Origin: Geosiphon pyriformis uo1
Lineage: Eukaryota; Fungi; Glomeromycota
Assembly: GCA_016748015.1 (NCBI GenBank)
Contig: JAAOMT010000484.1
Location: forward strand, 309,410 to 373,409
Length of the DNA stretch: 64,000 nt
Direction: 5' to 3'
Shown: in pieces, positions 13,750-25,567 of the stretch
Layout of the letters: every line of letters starts with the position of its first letter
Position numbering within the stretch: position 1 is the stretch's first letter
Program-made: the position numbers and the translations under genes
The notes under the pieces: generated by a model
Database searches by the model: none
The model's input: the letters and a program-made list of their open reading frames with translations, nothing else
What the model was told of the DNA's origin: nothing

Positions 13750-14900
13750 TATTAATGTATAAAAATCAAAAATAAAATAAGTTTAATCACCAATTTAAAA
13801 AATCAAATTATTAATTTTAAAAAACTATATAGCCAGAAAAAAGATTAATCAACTTGAATTTAAAAATATTTTAAAAAGCAATAATTTATTTTGATTAACA
13901 AATAAATTCTAATATTATTTTTTATTACTAAAACTAATTAACAACCAAAAACAGTTTTAATAATATTAAAGAATTTAAAATACTTAATATCATATTATTA
14001 CAAACCAACAAACTTTAGCTTAATATTAAAAACTTTACTAATAATACCAAAAACATTTTTAATTTTATTAAAAAACACCCAAAGAGATATTATGTAAAAT
14101 TATAATAATAAAAGCAAAAACAGAAAAAAATATCAAAAATTTTTTTACAATCTTAAAAATAATAAAAAAATTCAGCTAACTTAATTTTAATAACAGTATT
14201 TAAAGAAACTTAAAAAACAAACTTTATACAAAAAAGTTTAATATTGTTTTTAAAACCAACTTTAAATCAATAAAACTATTTAGAAACTAAAAAACAATCT
14301 TAATTTAAGCCAACTTAATATTTGCAATTCTACCAAAAACCAAAATAAAGGCCATTTATTCAAAAAACTTTAATAACTGGTAATTGTTTTTTAAAAACAA
14401 AAATATGGTTTAATATCTATTTTATTAATTTAATTTTAAAATTAAGTAATTTATACATAAAAGCATGAATTTTTTTGCTTTTAAAATTGGTAATAATTAA
14501 TCAAAATTTAATGTATTAAGCAATTTAACTATGTATAAATTAGAATTAGCTTTGGTAAATATATTGTTATTGTTATTGTTATTATCTAAAAAATACTGTT
14601 GTTTACAGCCAAATTAAGATTGAACATTATAATTAGTACAGTTATGACAAAATTAATATAAATACCAAAAAACTAAAAAAAGCCAATGTTTTATTTTTCA
14701 TAGACTTTAAATTAAAGTGCTATTTTAAAAAACACCAAAACAAATATTTTTCAAAAAAGTTGATTGTTTTAAGTTAAGAGAAAAAAGAGTTGTTTTTTTG
14801 CTTTTTTGGTTATTTAAGCAGTAATAAAATTTTTTATAAAAGAAAAGTAGCTTAACTACTAGTTTTTTCTTAAAAATCTTGAAACTTTTTACAATAATAA
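13750..14900. repeat. Highly AT-eroded interspersed repeat, copy B (empty site for the pogo insertion near 14200)
   Basis: Collinear similarity with both flanks of the pogo element: cagtatttaaagaaacttaaaaaacaaactttatacaaaaaagtttaatattg. Confidence 0.75.
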
Positions 14901-15989
14901 AAGAAAAAGATTTGCTTTTTTTTTTTACTTTTTGCTGTGAATGTGGTTATAAAAATACAGAAAAAAGAAACAGTTATAATATTAAATAAAAAAACTAAAA
15001 AACTAAAAATTAAATGGCTGTTTTTTTGCAATAATGTTTTTTTTTAAACTATAAATTATACATATTTTGCATAATAAATTATTACTATCTTAATTAATTA
15101 TAATTATAATGTTATTAATAATATTACGTGTTATCTAATTTTGATGGTACACAAATATTATCTATGTTTTATTAAATTAACAAGGCATTATTATTGTATT
15201 TATAATTATTTTAACATTACAAAGCTATTTTTGATATTTAATAACAGATTATTTTGAAATGTTCCAAATTAATTTAGCACTTTTCATATTGGTTATGTGA
15301 TCCTACTTTATATATTTACATATTTTTTATTTTTCATTTATTTTTCATTTCTATTTTCTTCGTTATTTTAATAAGCCAATAAAAAGGTAAATGTTCTTTT
15401 GTTATTTGTATAACAATCTTCAAAGCCAGGAAAGAAATTAATAACACCATTGAAAAAAGAATTTTTCTGAAGTCTTTATTATTATTATTATTATTATTTG
15501 CTGTAATACCAATCATACAAAATACCATTTTGCAACCAATTTTTTTATATTATGACATCAGAGTTAATTTCTTGTGACTTTATTCAAGAAGAATAAATAG
15601 AATTCTTTGTTGTCTGGTTCTGTTGCAACATATCTTATACCAGCTTGAGATTATAGATTTTTATAAAAAATTTCGCTAGTAATATTTAAAGAATCAACGT
15701 GCCACAAGTTCTTTTTTTTCACTAAAATCAGTAATCAAATTAAAGTTTTTTGACCCAACGATAAAATTCAAAAAATTTTATTAGATTTTGACAGCTTTTG
15801 CTTTGCAAAAATAAAAATTTGAATATTTCAAATTCTGCTAAGATTCAGTTTTTCTTAACAAATAAATTTTAATTTTCCTAAAAAGGTTTCAATTCTAAAA
15901 AATCGTGACCAATGCCTAAAATAAAAATACTAAAGAGTAGCTTGATAATGCATATCAGGTTCAAAATTGTGACAATAAATATCTCCACC

Positions 15990-18010
15990 TTTTTTGCTCT
16001 CACATTTTTTTGTCATGTATTGCATTTTTTCCGAACTAACATCACAAGATGCAACCATTACCTTATTAAGAAAGGTTTCATCTACGCCCGTGTCTCTAGC
16101 GTCAGCGATATTGACTCAGGGACTTAAAGCCCTATTAGAACGGACCAGTTACGGAAGGATTTCCATTCTATAAAATTAGTGGATTTCTTTGACGATAAAA
16201 TTCCCGACGAGCACGAGTTTTTCCAGGATATTCTTCCTATCGACACTGTCTTAATCTGCAAAATCTAAGGATGGTGAGCAGCTAAATACAGTAGATAGCG
16301 TCAGAACAAGTAAAAAGTGCAAGACAGAAACCAGGAAAACGGCACCATGCAACAAAAAATACACTTGGGAGAATTTTCAACCGCACGTTGCTGGTCAAAG
16401 CAGCTCTTGAAGCGATGGATGGTTTAGTGAGATGACGTAATGGGGTGGAACAAATGGCGTTGTGTTGTTCAAGAAAAAGTCTTCTAGAGCTTTTGTCTGT
16501 ATCGGCATGCTCCTACGAGATTGTTTAGGTTTGGCTTCTGCCAATATGCTGACAGAACGAGACGAGGTTATTAAACGTAATACGTGGTAAAAATATTGTG
16601 TACCAACACATCATCGTAAATCGGTTTGTTTTCGCACTTTGTCAATGCATGTCTATCTACACAAGATAAAGTTTTTATCTACTTGAAAAGATTTTGAAGA
16701 CTACATTTTTTAATTTTTTTATAAAAAGGTAAATGCGTGCTATGGCCTTCCGTTATGAAGTTAAGCAGAAACAATAAGTGATTCTATCCACACAAGCCGG
16801 CAAACTTATATATTCTTGACAGACCAATAAATAGAAGTTTTCCTGGGGCCTATGAGGCACAAAACCCAAGCGGAAAGCTCTATTTATGCAATCTTTATTG
16901 ATTTTACCCTTCACTTGGTATTCCCTCTCTAAAGACGTACTGGTATATGGATGTTTTTATTCGAAAAAATAAAACTGACTGTCTCCACTTCAAATTGTAA
17001 AAACGCAGGATCAGACGACTCTACAAGGTAGTCTCACACATGCGAAAAAGGTTTGTATTTCTGTAGAGTGACATCTACAGAAAAGGAATCTTGTTCTTCA
17101 CCCGCGAGTTTGACTCAATTGTCATCCCGCCGTTTGAGATGTCGGACATGACCCGGAAAATGCTGTTGGGCACCTTACCATTTCGATAAACATCTGCTGG
17201 TCAAGGCCGATGAATTGGGAATTCGTTTTGTCATTCAAAATCTATCCAAACTTGCAGTCAGTGGTAATATAATAGCATCTGAGGATCTGAATTGTGCAAT
17301 TGCTGGCGGTAATGGACAGAGATGAAAATGGCGTTCTGGGATTCTCCTCCGGGCATTGCTTGACGAAGCTTTAATTCTCTCCTGAGGATTATGCGGGAAA
17401 TAGTAATCTTATTTAGGAATGCTTAGTACCTAATACAATCCATCTGACATTAAAGCTTAAGAAAAATATAGCATTTATTTTAAAAGAGCTCTTGAAAAAT
17501 TATTTTCAGAGGACACAAGTTATCTTGTAAAACTCGGTATGTGGTCCTCAGATTATCATTTAAGGTTGGATTTAGCTCTCTGGATGGATCTGTGGCAGCT
17601 ATTAAATGAAACAATTATTGAATTTGAATTTAGACCTATCCAAAACGAACAAAAGAGAGAAGATACTATCACCCGAGAAAGCTAAAAGGAATTTGCTTCA
17701 ACATATATTGCCCAGTAGACGATAGTCATTAACTGGAAAAGAATCAGAGGACGAAACGGTAGTTGGTTCTCATCATAAGATGACTCCAAAGATATAATTC
17801 CTCATATTATAAAACATGGAAAGCTCAATTATTGAACAATAAAGGTTTTGATTCAAGATCGCATCCACGTTTATTATATAGTGTACTTTGTGACATTGAG
17901 GATCCAGGGTTGGCCGATATCGCGAAGCGCTGAAAACTTTCAAATGAATTATTTTCGAAATTACGAATTACACATTGACGAATTTTTCAAGGGCTTTAAA
18001 GTTTCATATT
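15990..18010 (+). pseudogene. Decayed coding relic of about 2 kb, possibly Crinkler-like; family not established
   Basis: GC- and CpG-richer island in AT-rich surroundings with no long ORF. Begins with LTFFCHV, loosely like the CRN N-terminal TLFCLV motif. Confidence 0.35.
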
Positions 18011-18069
18011 CTCAATAATTTTTTCAGTTGAAAGTTTAGAAGGATTGACAATATCTATTTAGGGAGTTA

Positions 18070-18108
<39 letters not shown>

Positions 18109-21052
18109 GTAACTTCTTTGATCTTAAAAATTTTGTCGTGAACCATATCATGTTTTTTGATGGGATTCACATTTGCTTTTCTTGAGAGTTGTAATCATTC
18201 CAAGGATGAATTTGACAGATATTAAAATTCTGTAAATTACTCATTTGTTATGAGGAAATATGTGATTTTTCCAATAAAAATTTATAATTCTGTTGATTAA
18301 AATTTTACGAATAATTAATTAATCATTCTCAGAATAAAAATTTTTTTAATGATGATGATGATGATGATGATAGGGACAAATCAAAATGATCCTATTTGTA
18401 AATTTTAAGTTTTAAAACTTGCATTGCAGATTAAAAAGCGGATCGTACTTAAGTTTGAACATGGTGATTCTGTAAAAGTTTCGTAACATTGTCATCTTGC
18501 CCCTTTCACACTACGGTATAGGGCGTAAATTCCTTTGCCAAAGAATTATCGCTGGTTTTCACAAAAAATGATATGACACTCGCATAATAATAATAATTTT
18601 AAAAATTTTTTTATAAAATATGCGACACTATTTTGTAACAACGCGCTGCATGTCAAAAGCAGTTCTAAGATCACAGTATCAGCCACTTTCAAGCTGGTTA
18701 TTCTACAAAAAGTCATTATTTTAAAAATAAATGCACCTCAATCGGTTTTTAAACAAGATAAACAATCAGATATTTTTCTTGGCACGACAAGAATGTGGGA
18801 TAAAAGTATAATCAAAAAAAAATTTCTGTTACTAGGGTCTTTAAAGCCTGTGAAAAGGATTATTCAAAATGAAATGAACTATTATTTCCTTTGTTTTGCG
18901 ACTTTTTGTCTCTAATTTTGAATAATTCTTTATTGTGATAAAACATTTTGTTACTTCCTCAATTTTCTTTATTTGAATATATAGTAGTACAGTGGGAACA
19001 GAAAATTTCTGCAGGTACCTGCACTATCTACTTTAGCAAAACAAGAAATTTCTCATTTGTATCACTTTGCTGTTAGGAATTTTGGTTTTTTTTTTTTTTA
19101 ACAAATATGAAAATCTTTTATTGATATGATTAACAGCTGATGATTAACAGCAAGTCTTTAGATCATCCAACCCCCAGTGTTAACATCTGCCAGGGGTACA
19201 TGAAGAATGGTTGATTGACCTTTGAAATTTCTCAAGTAGGACCTTGTGAAGATTAACTTTCAGGGTTTATCAAGATCAGTTGCCAAAAGTTAAAGATTTA
19301 AGTATTCATAAAACATATTCTTCGAATTCGGTGAAAAAAATTTACCCGACAAAATTAGAATGTGAAAATTTAATCAGTCAACTTGATAATATATCGACAT
19401 TTTCTTCGGTGAAGTTATTTAAATTTTTTAATGATCCTAAATATGAACTTTAATAAATATTCTGTTTCATTAAAATAATTTTCACAGAATTTTCTTTGAC
19501 TAATTTTTTTCGGAACCAATCGAAAAATTTAATAATTGATATCTCAAACATACACAAGCTAGATAGAAACATTAAAGAATTCTTAGAAATTATTATCATT
19601 ATTATTAAAAATTTCATTTTGTCTTTGAAAAAAAATTAACAAGAGTAATTAATTCTAGATGAAGATCGGAGTTCATGATATTCGGGTTTTATTGATTTCG
19701 TTAAATCAAAAGAAAAATATATAACCCAATTTAGTACTTTTACATCTTGTTCTCTTAATGATGATCGATAATTTAATATAGTTCTAGCTCGAAAAGAACT
19801 TGCATCATTCGGTAGAGGAAAATTCAATGGTCTGGGAACCGTTTGGACTTAGTTATCATAGACTAATAAATGTTTTTTCTTTCCATTCCACGTGGCGTTT
19901 AAGTCAAGATTTACTCTCGGGATAAGGGTCTGTTTTAAACATAGTTTTTTTGAACTTTTAAAAACGCGACTTTTTAGGGTTTATTTACTATTTAATTTAT
20001 CTTTCATGCAGTGACATGTAATATGCTGATTAAAAATAAAAAAAATTGTTTGATCAGTGAATCACCAGCTTACAAACCATTTCTCAAGTTAGTATCTAAA
20101 TCAGTCAAAGCCTGGTAACAAATCGTCATTTAAACATAATTTTTTTTATCTAAAGTAAATATTGATTAAAACCACAGCATCTATTTTTAGTTAATTATTA
20201 ACCATTTTTTAAATGAAAATAATTAAACAAGACACAAAGAAAAATAATAATAAATTTCGATTAAAAACCCTTTACATATTATAATCAAATATGTAATAAT
20301 TTCCTTTTCTTCTAGGTTCTATTTTTAGAGCATTAATTACTAAAAGGGCAAAAAGAATTATTCTTTTGCTATTGATACGAAAATCCACTAAGAATTGCTT
20401 GATAGAACTCGAATTTAACATTAAAGTTCATCTCGGTAAATTTTTGTTATTTACTTAATTTTTTTAGCTCAAATATTCGGTTTAAACTTTTTTTTTTTTT
20501 TTTTCATAAAAAACCTTTTTAGTGTCCACGTGAAATCTGATCACAAGTAATAATCTGTACATTGTTAAACGAAAAGCTTTTTGTTCATTAAATAATTGAA
20601 TAAAATATCAACAAAAGTTCATAGTTTAAAGATACTGATGAGAAACGTTTCAGATAACTTGGTGTACAAGTTATGTAAGATTTGTACGACAATTTTATGA
20701 CCTCAAAATATTAACAGAAAAGTCTTTTGATTGAAATTAAAATTCTATGAAAAATTAATTTAGCATTGAAAGATGAAGTTTTAATTTTAATTTTTTTTTT
20801 TTTGAAAATAATCTTAAATTTTAGATCATTTGGCTTTGTGTAATAACACACACAATCTTTTGAAACCTCCATACTATGTAGATACCAAAGCCTTCGTGAA
20901 AGTAAAATAGGAATGAAACAAGGAGTAAAATCTAAAATTTTCGAAAAATCTTTCAAAGTTTTCTTTTCTTTCCTTCCCTTTCCTTTCCTTTCCTTCTCAC
21001 TATAACTAGAAATTAATATATCTCATAATTTAATTTTTCTAGTTAATTATCG

Positions 21053-21105
21053 ATAGATAGATATATAGATAGATATATAGATAGATAGATAGATAGATAG
21101 ATAGA
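21053..21105. repeat. (ATAG)n microsatellite
   Basis: Direct reading: atagatagatatatagatagat... Confidence 0.9.
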
Positions 21106-22116
21106 TTGATCATGCTTCATATGTTGAATAGTTGGATCCCTATTGAAAATATATCTAACCGTTCTTGGATCTTAGGCCAGTCTATTAAACACATAAGACA
21201 GTTATATTCATATTATACTTCCTAAGCACTCCTTTTGCAACAGGTCAACAGGTAGAATTTTCGATTCTTGAATCGAAAAATATACATTAGAAACTGGTGC
21301 ACCAATCAAAAACCTTTTCTTTTTCTGAAATGATTGAACTACCTGCATCTACCTTTCTTAAAAGAGTTAAACCACATACAAACATTTCAATTTTATGAGA
21401 TAATTTTAGATGAATTGAAAGAAATATTTAAAGTTTTTTAATTAAAGAACTTCCTAAATTTTGGTATAACGCTCATTTGATAATAAGAAATCTTTTTCGA
21501 AAATACCTTTTATGCGTAATTCTCTAAGAATACAAAAATTATACAAAGCTTTTTTTAATGCATAGAAACTCGATTAATTTCTCCTAATGTTTCAAAGTCA
21601 AACTTTTTACCTTTGTAAAAATTGTGAACAATAACCCAACAATCCCAATTTCGTGTTCACGAAAACTCAATAATGATAAATCTGAAATGAGCTACCTTTT
21701 TATGTCACAGCCTCAAATACCAGAATATTACCAAATTTGTTTCTTGCATTAATGCAATTTAAACGTTTCGCTCCTTACAGATTATTCTGTGTTCGCAGTG
21801 AACATTACCCCTTGCAGATTCTTTATGAATTCCAATTTCAAAAAAAAACTGAAACTTCTTGATTGACAAAATGAGTTTAATGTGGAGTTGATCATTAACA
21901 AATTTGTTCGAACGCCCATTCCTAACGTAATGATTAACATTTCGTTTAAATTAATCAAAACTTGTATGTTAATGAAAATTTTTCTTTCATATTTGCAAAT
22001 CACTAAAAATTTGAAAGTTTTTCATGCATGCAGAATTTTCTCTCTTCATGAAATTAAGACAAAGTTTATTAAAAAAAGAAATCAATCTATTTTCGTCTGA
22101 AAGTTAAAAAACAATG

Positions 22117-22124
22117 TATAAAAG
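22117..22124 (+). promoter_or_regulatory. Putative TATA box of the 1067-aa gene
   Basis: TATAAAAG 247 nt upstream of ATG 22364. Confidence 0.5.
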
Positions 22125-22363
22125 GACATCGAGTGAAAGTTGTTTCTTCATTCCTTTCGTATAATACGAATTATTCATTAGATCTCTTTAACACACCAAG
22201 AGAATCATCAAAAGAAAAATCGAAGATTTGGTCTTTAAAAACTCATTTTACTATCTAGTTTTTTATTTTTATTTTTTATAACAAAACTCGTTTTACATCT
22301 TTCATCCAAAAAATTGCATCCTATCACACATCACATTAATCAATATTCGGAATCAAACCACAA

Positions 22364-25300
22364 ATGAATAAACAAAATTTTTTCAGCCGTTCTTCAAGGC
22401 TTTTTCTCCTCGCTCTTCTCATCAACAAAGCCCTCTTGATCACCTCCATCCCAGTTTCAAGTTTTAACGGGAATGGTAACGGAAACGGAAACATTGGATC
22501 AGGAAATGGAAACGATAACGGTAACTTTAACTTGGGGGATTTTAATGGTAATAAAAATGGAAACAACAACTTTGGTGACTTGAACGGTAATTCCAATGGC
22601 AATGCAAATATCGGTAGCTTGAATGGAAACGAAAATGGTAACGCAAACTTCGGGAGTTTGAATGGTAATTCAAATGGAAACGCAAACCTCGGTAGCTTGA
22701 ATGGAAACGACAATGGAAATTATAACTGGGGATCAAGTAACGGTAATGCCAGTGGAAACTTTAACGGGGCATCCTCATATGAGTGGGGTACGGACAGCGG
22801 TAAAAGTAACGGTAAAAATAATAAAGAGGAGGGATCTAAATCCACTAATGGACTTTTGAACGGCCATTTCGACAGCGGTGTTGGTAATGGTAATTCAAAT
22901 GGTAATTCAAATGTGGGGTCAGACAATGGTAATTTAAATGGTAATTTCAACATCGGTAACTTTAATGGAAACTCGAACGGTGACAATAATATTGGGTCCT
23001 CAAATGGAAACCTCAATGGCAACGGAAATATTGGAGATTTTAACGGAAATTACAATGGTTTGGGAAATATTGGCTCATATAATGGTATTGGGAATGGAAA
23101 TTTGAATTCCGGCTGGACATCAGTTTCTGGTCAAGATGGCTCCAAGAGTTCTGGTAGCTCTAGTTCCTCATCCCAGAGTTCTGGCGTCGTCAAAACCACT
23201 TCTACCGTCCCTGATATTCCAAAAGTAGATCCCTCCAAATCAGAGACCAAAAGTACCACTGATGGGTCCTTCCAAATCCCTTCATTTGGTATCGGATCCA
23301 TTGGTAATGGAAACGGCAATGGCAATGGAAATATTGGCTCCAACAATGGAAATCTCAATGGTAATGCTAACGATGGTTCACTAAATGGAAACGGCAATGG
23401 TAACTTCAACATTGGCTCCAACAATGGAAATATCAATGGTAACCAAAACGATGGTACCGCCAATGGAAACGGCAATGGTAACCTCAACATTGGCTCCGAC
23501 AATGGAAATCTCAATGGTAATGCTAACGATGGTTCACTAAATGGAAACGGCAATGGTAACCTCAACATTGGCGGCGGAAACGGAAATTTGAACGGAAATT
23601 TGAATGGAATATTCACTACTGGCAGTACTACCTTTACCACTGTGTCAGGCAATTCTCCAATTGAAACAACCACCAAAAAGACCACCACCAAAGCATCCGC
23701 TCCAACTGGAACAGTCATTGTGATCGGCACAAAAACAAGCTCTTCCAGCTCTAGCACAGCAGCACCAAAAACCACCGTAATTTCTTCATCTTCCGGTAAT
23801 GGTAATGGCAATGGCAACGGAAACATTGGCTCAGGAAACGGCAATGACAATGGAAATGGCAACATCGGATCAGGAAACGGTAATGCCAATGGAAATGATA
23901 ACATCGGGTCATTAAACGGTAATGCCAATGGAAATGGCAACATCGGATCAGGAAACGGTAATGCCAATGGAAATGACAACATTGGGTCACTAAACGGTAA
24001 TGGGAATGGAAATGACAACATCGGGTCATTAAACGGTAATGGCAATGGAAATGATAATATCGGGTCACTAAACGGTAATGTCAATGGAAATGGCAACATC
24101 GGATCAGGAAACGGTAATGCCAATGGAAATGACAATATCGGGTCAGCAAACGGTAATGCCAATGGAAATGACAATATCGGGTCACTAAACGGTAATGCTA
24201 ATGGAAATGGTAACATCGGATCAGGAAACGGTAATGCCAATGGAAATGATAATATCGGGTCACTAAACGGTAATGCTAATGGAAATGGTAACATCGGATC
24301 AGGAAACGGTAACGCCAATGGAAATGATAATATCGGGTCAGCAAACGGTAATGTCAATGGAAATGGCAACATCGGATCAGGAAACGGTAATGCTAATGGA
24401 AATGGCAACATTGGATCCGGAAATGGTAATGCCAATGGAAATGGAAATAGTGGATCTAGTATCGTTATAGTTACCCCAACCACTACTAAAACACCGATTG
24501 TCTCATCAGTAACATCAACTTCCACAAAGACAATACCGGCCACCACCAAAACCACATCTACCACATTTACCTCAACTTTAACTCCTATTTCCGTTCCTAC
24601 AACTAAAACAGCAACTGTAATCTCAAGTGTAACTCCTACAACTAAAACAGCAACTGTAATCTCAAGTGTAACTCCTACAACTAAAACAGCAACTGTAATC
24701 TCAAGTGTAACTCCTACAACGAAAACAGCAACTGTGATCTCAAATGTGACTCCTGCAACTCAAACGACAACTGTGGTTATAAATGGGACTACTTCAACTA
24801 GAACGATAACTGTGACTTCAAATGGAGCTCCTTCGACTCAAACGACAACTGTGGTTATAAATGGGACTACTTCAACTAGAACGATAACTGTGACTTCAAA
24901 TGGTACTCCTTCAACTCAAACGACAACTGTGATTTCAAATGGAACTCCTTCAACTAAAACGACAACTGTGGTTATAAATGGGACTACTTCAACCAGAACG
25001 ATAACTGTGACTTCAAATGGTGCTCCCTCAACCAAAACGATCACTGTGGTCTCAAATGGGACTACTTCAACTAAAACGACAACTGTAGTCCCAAATGCGA
25101 ATCCTTCAACTACAACTGTAGTCTCAAATGCGAATCCTTCAACTACAACTGTAGTCTCAAATGCGAATCCTTCAACTACAATTGTCACCCCAATTATCAT
25201 TTCCACAACTAAAACAGCTTCTGCAGTTCCCACCGTAATCATTCCACCAAATGGGTCTAGCCCATCATCTATTACCAGCTTACCACCAGCTTCATCACCA

Positions 25301-25567
25301 GCTTCATCACCACATCCATCATCAGGGTCGACCTGGGATTCCAATTACGCAAGAAATCATGGCTACACTGGTACTTGGGGTCAATGGCAAATTGATAGTT
25401 TCTGTAATTCATACGCTTCCTTCTTGACCCCAGGTCACCTTTTGTACAACGTTCCAAATGGTTATGGCGCGTATAACCCTAATGCGAACCATGCCAATGG
25501 TTATAATGGTTATAATGGTTATAATGGTCATGTGTCATCATCTAATGATAAAAGCAAGAATCACTAA
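22364..25567 (+). CDS. Secreted 1067-aa protein: four Asn/Gly 13-mer repeat modules, Ser/Thr linkers, Thr-rich 13-mer repeats and an aromatic C-terminal tail
   Basis: Uninterrupted 3.2-kb ORF with a signal-peptide-like N-terminus (RLFLLALLINKALLITSIPV). Repeat consensus N-hydrophobic-G-x-x-N-G-N-x-N-G-N-x with synonymous codon variation between repeats. No C-terminal hydrophobic GPI signal. Confidence 0.92.
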   Translation: MNKQNFFSRSSRLFLLALLINKALLITSIPVSSFNGNGNGNGNIGSGNGNDNGNFNLGDFNGNKNGNNNFGDLNGNSNGNANIGSLNGNENGNANFGSLNGNSNGNANLGSLNGNDNGNYNWGSSNGNASGNFNGASSYEWGTDSGKSNGKNNKEEGSKSTNGLLNGHFDSGVGNGNSNGNSNVGSDNGNLNGNFNIGNFNGNSNGDNNIGSSNGNLNGNGNIGDFNGNYNGLGNIGSYNGIGNGNLNSGWTSVSGQDGSKSSGSSSSSSQSSGVVKTTSTVPDIPKVDPSKSETKSTTDGSFQIPSFGIGSIGNGNGNGNGNIGSNNGNLNGNANDGSLNGNGNGNFNIGSNNGNINGNQNDGTANGNGNGNLNIGSDNGNLNGNANDGSLNGNGNGNLNIGGGNGNLNGNLNGIFTTGSTTFTTVSGNSPIETTTKKTTTKASAPTGTVIVIGTKTSSSSSSTAAPKTTVISSSSGNGNGNGNGNIGSGNGNDNGNGNIGSGNGNANGNDNIGSLNGNANGNGNIGSGNGNANGNDNIGSLNGNGNGNDNIGSLNGNGNGNDNIGSLNGNVNGNGNIGSGNGNANGNDNIGSANGNANGNDNIGSLNGNANGNGNIGSGNGNANGNDNIGSLNGNANGNGNIGSGNGNANGNDNIGSANGNVNGNGNIGSGNGNANGNGNIGSGNGNANGNGNSGSSIVIVTPTTTKTPIVSSVTSTSTKTIPATTKTTSTTFTSTLTPISVPTTKTATVISSVTPTTKTATVISSVTPTTKTATVISSVTPTTKTATVISNVTPATQTTTVVINGTTSTRTITVTSNGAPSTQTTTVVINGTTSTRTITVTSNGTPSTQTTTVISNGTPSTKTTTVVINGTTSTRTITVTSNGAPSTKTITVVSNGTTSTKTTTVVPNANPSTTTVVSNANPSTTTVVSNANPSTTIVTPIIISTTKTASAVPTVIIPPNGSSPSSITSLPPASSPASSPHPSSGSTWDSNYARNHGYTGTWGQWQIDSFCNSYASFLTPGHLLYNVPNGYGAYNPNANHANGYNGYNGYNGHVSSSNDKSKNH
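23822..24450 (+). repeat. 39-bp coding tandem repeat, 16 copies of NIGSxNGNxNGNx
   Basis: Counted from the translation. Confidence 0.9.
24595..25180 (+). repeat. Coding Thr-rich tandem repeats (39-bp PTTKTATVISSVT x4; 39/78-bp TQTTTVVINGTTS-TRTITVTSNGAPS; 33-bp TTTVVSNANPS x3)
   Basis: Direct DNA and protein repeats. Confidence 0.9.

Noticed and set aside
23822-24750. 39-bp arrays as a possible CRISPR array
   Set aside because: Contiguous in-frame coding repeats without unique spacers; eukaryotic context and no cas genes.
22336-25457. Long minus-strand ORFs (e.g. 477 aa FPLALPFPDPML repeats) and alternate-frame ORFs
   Set aside because: Antisense and frame shadows of the repetitive Asn/Gly and Thr codons of the + strand gene.
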